Source: Neoechinorhynchus agilis
Lineage: Eukaryota; Animalia; Acanthocephala
Length of the DNA stretch: 64,000 nt
Reading direction: 5' to 3'
Assembly: GCA_051530055.1 (NCBI GenBank)
Contig: CM121341.1
Location: 16,160,784 to 16,224,783, forward strand
The notes under the pieces were generated by a model. That model was not told the origin of the DNA, made no database searches, and saw only the letters and a list, made by a program, of their open reading frames with translations. Position 1 is the stretch's first letter. Each line of letters opens with the position of its first letter. Both the position numbers and the translations under genes were made by a program. Positions 56,734 through 64,000 of this stretch are shown here, piece after piece.

Positions 56734-58499
56734 ATTTCGAGCGGTAAGTATTAGAAAGGTTCAAAATGAATAGCAGCTTTCAATGGACGACGTAATTGGA
56801 TTAAATTTAATAAATCCATCTTGCTATAAATTGCAATTGCGCAATGTAAAATAAAGCAATGATATTTTTTGTCTTTGCAATTTTTAAACGTCGAGCAATG
56901 GCCTAAATTCATTCGATGAGGCTTGGAACTTAAGGATGCTCGTCTTCGATCCAAACAATGATTTTGTGAGTTTTCTGATCGAAATCGTGAGGCACATTGA
57001 TTTTATTTATAGCGATGAACAGCAGCAAGCGCTGAGTAAAAGACTGCACAACTTCTATAAAGACGTGTGCACCGTCACCATTAGTGAATAAACCGATTTT
57101 AAACTTTAAATCCATCATGAGCGCCGAAAAAATATGTCAAATGAAAAACGCACTAAAAGTCACCTAATCGCTCAAAATTTTCAACAATCTACTCGACCCC
57201 CACATCCGCACGCATAAATAAATGAATATTAATCACCTCTGCTTTGTAAGAGACGTGCATGTAAAAATATGATATTATTTGCTTATTTTCGTAAACTCCC
57301 CTTTCATTGTTCTGAACATTTTTCACGTCTGAAAATAATAGAAGGCGCAAGTACTCGAAAAAGGTTTTGAATCAAAAAAGAAACCGTCACAAGAAGGTAG
57401 GAGCAGGAATATATCATTTGAATACGGCAAATGAAAATTCATATCCTGCAGTTTCTGCAAAAAAAATTCATCTCTAAATTCAATGAATAAAATGTACTAA
57501 AATAATTATTGTGCATAATCTGCATAAACAATTAATCGCATGCCGCACTTTAAAAATATAACCACCTTGATCAAATGCACTAAGCGCCAGACATTTTGGT
57601 TAAGTATCAAATTATACCGTCTTGTAATCGAAGTAATCGAAGTAATTAGGTTTGAATTATTTACATTGTTGTGCTCGAGTAATATTAGTCGAATGAGCAC
57701 TGCATAGGATGCCTAACTACCATTTTAATCGACCTTGCTCAGACCTTCCTGCGACGGAGAACCGCTGTACGTGATGCTACGAATCATAGTTTAATCGTCC
57801 TATTTTTTTCGGGTTTAGGTCGTCCACTGCTGACTGATTCAGTAACCATTGAAGAATCGAATCCACTTAGCTCGCAATACACCACGGAACACGATCCACT
57901 GTCCACAATCGCCAATAAAACTCCGCTGTACTAAAAGATAAGAAATGTGATGACCGGAGTTTACATTTAAAACTAAAGCCTATCGGACTCTCTCGCCGTA
58001 AGGGATTTGGCTAAGTATTCTACTCTATCGATATTGCACTAAAGCAGTGCTTTGAACGAGTTACTGATACTCTAAGTGAGCAGTTGGTCCAAGTCAAAAA
58101 ATGCAAAGGAAAAATCTAACAGTTCAAAGCAGATGACAAAGCTTCAAAAGGGGAATTCTAAGAAACAAGTTGAAAGTTTACAGAAATCTGCTAGTGGGGC
58201 GGTCACGAAGGATAATGCGTTTTGCGTAAATGCCATCAGCATGTCAAACTCAAAGGAAAATTTGTTGGAAACTAGTGGTGTTCAAAAGATTGCGAATACT
58301 TCGGCGATTATTTGGGTCTGAATTACTACCCTGGTGTTAAAATTATTGTGGAGTAACCTAGTAAGACTTTGATAAAAGATAGCGATAGAAAAAGCGATTC
58401 ACTTCCCGTAACTACTAAAAAGGCTACGGTTGAACAAAGTATCGAAGAAACCTCTGAATAAGTTGAGGCAAGAGCAAAAGGAGGAACAAATAACTATAA

Positions 58500-59590
58500 G
58501 GACATGAGGTTGACCTCAGTACCATCACAATCAATCAACCCTCCGATTCATTTCTGTAATGATACGCCTTCTCCTCCTGCCTATCATCCCTCGCCGCTCC
58601 GAATTCGATCCATCGTGCCATGCATACCTTCCTAAAGGATATAAATCGCATCAGTTTTATTACTGGTATACCGGAAGCCCCTGTTACAGATCCTTTCGCC
58701 GCTGATGCACATCACCGCCACTAAATTCTTCGTATCTCTCAATGCCTTTTCCCACGATATTCACTCTACTATTGCTTCCCCATCAACTGTTATGCGCATT
58801 CCCTCCAAAAATCCCTTTAACCCGAGACCACTTCTCCTCAAAGTAACTTTCATTTCACCACTCGTAGCTTCCCACTTTCTTAACAGGAGACACAGACTCC
58901 TCACTTCACAACTTTCAGTTCGTAACTATTCAAAATATGAACTCATCACAAAATCTTTCCTCTGCCCCTCCAAATTCAACCCATACCTCATCTTCCCAAT
59001 ATAGCCTTTCACTTTTAACGAGCATCCTAGAACATCTTCCACATCCCAATAATCGAAGAGTAGGCGACTTCCCACCTTCTTTGACTACGTGCAACTCCAC
59101 CGGCCCCTAAAAACCATAATGGTAAATCTCCCAGCCCATCCATATAAAACACCCTCTTTTTTCCAAATCAAGTAAATAATTATCACTAGCCTCCTTCCTA
59201 CACTGGATGAAATTTCACTCATTTTATCTATTCAAAAGCCGACGTAGTCATCTTAACAGAAACGTGGCTTAAACCCCTTCAACAGCGTTGCCGCCCTAAT
59301 GCCTCTTGTGCTGAGTCCTCATTGCGTCAACTGGAGTCCATGATAGGGCTCATAAACTCTACAAATTCACATCATTTCTTAATTGCAGGGGACTTCAATA
59401 AACTATTTCCTCTTCCACCCTTTTGCCAGTTGCGTCAACCTATTGACTTTCCAACTCGCCTTGACGCTCACCTCAACAAAGTGTTCACAAATATCGACGC
59501 CTATCCATCCGCCTCTAAACTCCCTCCACGCGAAATTCTGACCACTCCTCTGCCCTTATCACTCAACCCCACCACAGCGTTTAAAATCAT
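58500..59590 (+). mobile_element. Decayed L2/CR1-like LINE 5' region (ORF1 end and APE fragment)
   Basis: DVVILTETWL-like segment, IAGDFN, and DFPTR..AHL.KVFTN APE motifs with frameshifts; C/T-rich strand. Confidence 0.6.
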
Positions 59591-60252
59591 CTCGTTTACC
59601 TGCCTGGGATAAGCGCTTTATAGAAATAAAAACAAAACTTTATTTATAAAAATGTGCATTTAGACGAAGTGATTGCAAATATAAATTCAAACTATTCAAA
59701 TTTTTAAAGGGGAGCAAATTTAAGAACGCGACTTGTTCTCGATGGCGATTGCTGATTTCGTCGTAGCATTTCTTCAAACGCGAATGCAAATTATATGCGT
59801 TGCTTGTGCTGTTTTTCTAACAGATCGATTTGGAAGCACGCTTAAGAAATATTTGGGCAAATCTTGTAGCTAAGAGAACTTTTCAGCGCAAGGTGGAGCA
59901 CGTTTTCGCATAATAATGAAAGACATTAGACAACGTAAAAGATCACATTGCACGTCTTAGTTCCTATAAAAAACTTATCATTCTCCTCGTATCTTAAACC
60001 CGTCATTCTTCGTCACGTCTGATTAGTGAGCACTCGTGTCGCGCCTTTGAGGTGACTCATAAGGCTTAACAGTTCATTCTTTATACACAGTGCAATCATT
60101 AGAGCTGCTTAATGTGAGTAAGCTCACAAATACTACACCTCCTTGCTCACATAGTCGACTTACTCCGCAAAGTCTTTGAGAAATTATTGCGTTGTCTCCC
60201 GTCGAGTTTATATCAGTCATTTTACACCTTGTAGACAAAAAGGAAAAAGAAA

Positions 60253-62320
60253 ATGCTTCAATGTCGGCAGTTGCCCATAATCCTCAGAAAATATCCACAG
60301 ACAGCTCATTTTGTAGCTCGTGGTCTCTCATCCAGTCAGAACGATGCGTCGTTCTTTGAAATGGTTCTTGGTTTCTATGACAGTGCTGCTGCCGTAGTGA
60401 AAGACAATTTCGTCCAAGAAGGACATAAACATTGGGATAAGGCAAAACGCGAGTATCTCGCAGAAGGAATTCTATCGGTCATCAAACCGTGCAACAATGT
60501 TATCCAGCTTTCTTATCCTATAAGGAGAGACAATGGGAAACTGGAGACAATCGAAGCGTGGAGAGTGCAGCACAGTCATCACAGGACACCCTGTAAAGGA
60601 GGTAGGCATTTGGGTAACGATCAAAAACGGTTTCTGTACTTCGGGGTTCGTAGCAATGTTCCGTATACGATTCCTAAGCCTATTTTTAAATGGGTGCGGC
60701 CTAGATGACCACAATTTTTCTACTCAAAATTTCGATAACTAATTACCTTTCGAGTTGTCGACTAGTGACGTCTGCAGTCGATTATAATTCAGATATCAAA
60801 GCACTGCATGAAGAATAATTTGGTTAGTAGGATATTATCGTTTTCATGATGCAAGTATATATACGTGTTTAAATCCCGAAGCTTAAATTGGGCACTGGTT
60901 ATACAAGTTCCAAAGAGAATACCACTATTATCTTTACAGGAATTCGATACAGTCCACAAGTTAATCTTGATGAAGTGAAAGCATTAGCAGCTCTGATGAC
61001 TTTTAAGTGTTCATTGGCTGGAATTCCATTTGGAGGAGCAAAAGGTGGAGTTCGTATTGAGCCACGAGATTATAGTGAGGCCGAACTTGAGAGAATTACA
61101 AGGAGACTAACCGTGGAATTGTGCAAGAAAAACTTCCTCGGGCCAGCTATCGATGTTCCGGCCCCGGATATGGGCACCAGTGGTCGTGAGATGACATGGA
61201 TTGCCGATACTTATTGCACATCATTTGGTGAGCTTAATCACTTTCGGTATCAATAACGTTCGCATTCCTTTTGAATCCAGGTCATCAGGATTTAAATGCC
61301 ATTGGATGCGTCACTGGGAAACCGGTGCTGTTTGGTGGGGTAAATGGTCGTGTGGCCGCTACTGGAAGAGTAAGTTTGGTTTAGTCTCTAAATAGACCAA
61401 TGAATTAATATAAGGGCTTATACCACGCAACTGAACATTTTGTAAATTCTAAATCTGTGGCACGAAAGATCGGATTCACTCCCGGACTTATGGACAAAAC
61501 TTTTATTGTTCAGGTAAAGTAGAAACATTTATTTAATTTTAGAATTGAAAGGCCATTATAAAAGGGTTTTGGAAACGTTGGATCACATGCCGCAATGCAG
61601 CTGCAGAACGCTGGGGCGAAGTTGATCGGCGTTATTGAACACGATTCAATGTACTATGAACCTAAAGGAATAGATGCCCACGATCTTGCCAAATTCATGA
61701 TAAAGCACCAGTCGATTAAGACGTATCCAAAAGTAAAGCCATACAATGGCACTGCTGCCCAACTTATGTGTGAGGAATGCGACATATTCGTACCCGCAGC
61801 AAACGAGCGGCAACTAACTGAGGAAATCGCTAAAAATATGAAAGCTAAAATAGTTTCTGAAGGCGCCAACGGACCAACGACCAATGAGGCTAATAAAATC
61901 TTGTTAGAGCGTAACATTCTCGTGGTACCGGACTTATTCGCGAATGCGGGTGGTGTAATCGTATCTTATTTTGAGTGGCTAAAAAATCTGTCGCACGTGA
62001 GCTACGGTAAACTCACATTCAAGTATCAACGAGATACCAATTATCGAATTCTTGATAGTGTTGAGAAATCTATGGAGAAGCATCTAGGAACCGATGTTGA
62101 AATAAAACCAACTGATGAGTTCCTGCACAATATGTCTGGAGCAGGGGAAGTTGACATCGTGAATTCCGGCCTTGAATACTCAATGGAAAAGGCTGCGTTG
62201 TCAATTGAAGCAGCAGCGAAGGAATTCAATTTGGGAACTGATTTCAGAACGGCTGCTTACGTTAGTTCACTGGAGAAGATCTTCAATGTTTATGTGCACA
62301 GTGGTTTGACTTTTGGCTGA
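60253..62320 (+). CDS. GLUD1: Mitochondrial glutamate dehydrogenase; exons 60253-60601, 60940-61227, 61281-61369, 61415-61513, 61565-62320
   Basis: [73 protein letters not shown]. All four GT-AG introns (338, 53, 45, 51 nt) keep the frame. Confidence 0.97.
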
Positions 62321-63139
62321 GCCTGAAGAAAGATTTCCGTACTTATAACTGACTTATAAGTTTTAAACAATAAATACTTTACATCAAAGGTTCAGAGAGA
62401 ATATTCCAGAAGTATACATCTTTCTTAAACTGCAGTTAGGCATGATTTCGCGGACTGTGACTTGTGTTTGATTACAGAAAAACATATTGAATACCTGACT
62501 TTAAAGGGAACAAAAATACGAGTATGCTGCAGCTTCATAGTCTCAATCTTTTAAATGCATAATTGAACGTTTTGTCCGTTCAAAACATTAATTCTTTCAA
62601 AGACCAAATGAATATGATTTTAAGGTCGAAATCACTGGACGGTAGAAAAGTTACGATGAACAAACCCGATAACAGTTGGTAACTCTTGAGGTAACCACAC
62701 TTTCAAATATCAGAGAAAATCTTTGAAATGGCTGTAACTCGTCAGATCTATGGAGTTACTCACCAAACGAGAATTTAATCTTTTTGCTTTAAGCAAAAAA
62801 TAAATTTTTCAAGTAAAAACCGTTGTGATCATTTAAAGTTCAACGAAACTGCTAAAAGTGAACTAGTAGTATACTTTTAATACTCCTAAAAAATTTAGAT
62901 TTACTTCTGGAACAAAAGTGCCCAGCGTATTCTGTCAAGGCTCCTAACCGAAAAATTAAAGTCTACTTTGCGAGTTTAATTTGGCACTAGTAGGGTGCTA
63001 TTTTGTAATTTGTTTGAATTCTTACAACCAACGATTGCCTTGTTTTGTATTTATAGGTCTCATGGGTACCGACCGTAGCCACCTACACAATCGTTTCCTG
63101 ATTTTTTATCGGTTTATTTCGATAAGGTCGCTATTCGTC

Positions 63140-63810
63140 TCAATTAAAAGAAATGCTTCCAAATAATGCATTGACATTCTTCAACTTATCTTCGACATCT
63201 CCCAACTCCTATAAATCACTGTTAGAAGCGAATACAACAGAACCAGTCTAACTTTCTCAACATTGATTCCTTTATCATAGCTCGCAGGTATAATTCTGAT
63301 GAAATCGGCAAAAGCCTTAATGCGTTCCTTTAGAAATGTATATTCCTGCATTACTTCATCGTACTGACTCGTCGGAATAGTATCGTCACTTTAAAAAATC
63401 ATATTCAAAGTCGTGATCACGTTGTAGTCGAACAAACTTTTTCATTGATTGAATCATTTTTATGTGCTGTTCCCTTATATCGATGTGGCGCTCACGTTCA
63501 GCAAGATCCAGTTCCCACTTTGAAATACGATTTTCAATCTAACGGAAAAAACCGTCGAAAATTATGCGGTGAATCATAGAATACTAACCTTTTTGCTTTC
63601 CGTGAGCAGCGCTTCATTTCTCACTCTCAAATATTTGCAATCACTCATGAGGCGTTCATTCTCCGTTTCAATCTTTGCGTTTAATTCTCGTTCATGCAGC
63701 AGTTGGGCTCGTAAATCGTCAACTAGGCAATTTTTTTCTATGGATATCTTAGCGCTTGACTGCAATTTGAACATTTTATTTTCAAGATTCATGCATTTGT
63801 GCCTTCAAAA
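63140..63810 (-). CDS. Coiled-coil protein, 3' exons (5' part uncertain or outside the window)
   Basis: Exons ...LRAQLLHERELNAKIETENERL..., IENRISKWELDLAERERHI..., DDTIPTSQYDEVMQEY... and ELGDVEDKLKNVNALF* join through plausible GT-AG introns. Confidence 0.55.
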
Positions 63811-64000
63811 CGTTTAGAAGTGGGGATTAGACAACTATAGTTGAGTGCTGCGTTTTATTGCATTATTCAAGGAAGCAAATAATAAAGAGTCTAATTGGCA
63901 ATGCTTAGGTGCTAGTTAGAATCTCGGCAAATCGAACTTTTTCGTGACATGAGCACGTACCGTTCTTAAGAAAAATTAGTTTTCATTTAGCTTTGCTATA

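Noticed and set aside
56751-57118. Two small minus-strand ORFs convergent with the ZnT-like gene
   Set aside because: No recognisable domain and no convincing splice path joining them.
58076-58321. Lys/Ser-rich ORF
   Set aside because: Low complexity and adjacent to a LINE remnant; no support as a host gene.

Overview
Eukaryotic, AT-rich, gene-dense window from what looks like a fast-evolving invertebrate. This is an inference from metazoan-type genes, many 41-55 nt introns and frequent AAG acceptors; the taxon cannot be fixed from sequence alone. Recognisable host genes: a divergent homeobox gene, glutaminyl cyclase (QPCT), a TDRD12/Yb-like Tudor-helicase-CS protein, SF3A2, ASPP, a very divergent SIN3-like gene, a divergent actin with CArG and TATA boxes, COQ2, an E2F7/8-like gene, a ZnT/SLC30-like gene, glutamate dehydrogenase, tRNA-Thr(AGT), a degenerate DEAD-box-like gene and a coiled-coil gene. 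Between them are five CRE-clade non-LTR pieces (one near full length), a decayed RTE, L2/CR1-like remnants, Penelope-like elements (PLEs), palindromic MITE-like repeats and a 220-bp satellite interrupted by a gag-like element with no RT. The strongest unexplained signal is a graded series of PLE 3'-end insertions from about 150 bp to 2.1 kb. They share outward-pointing inverted 3' ends, a minimal hammerhead ribozyme motif (one with a U3-A8 core) and, in four cases, 12-13 bp target-site duplications. Four host-gene junctions (QPCT, TDRD12, ASPP, COQ2) cannot be closed convincingly with GT-AG splicing. Several proteins have lost normally invariant functional residues. All homology calls are from motif recognition by eye, not database searches.
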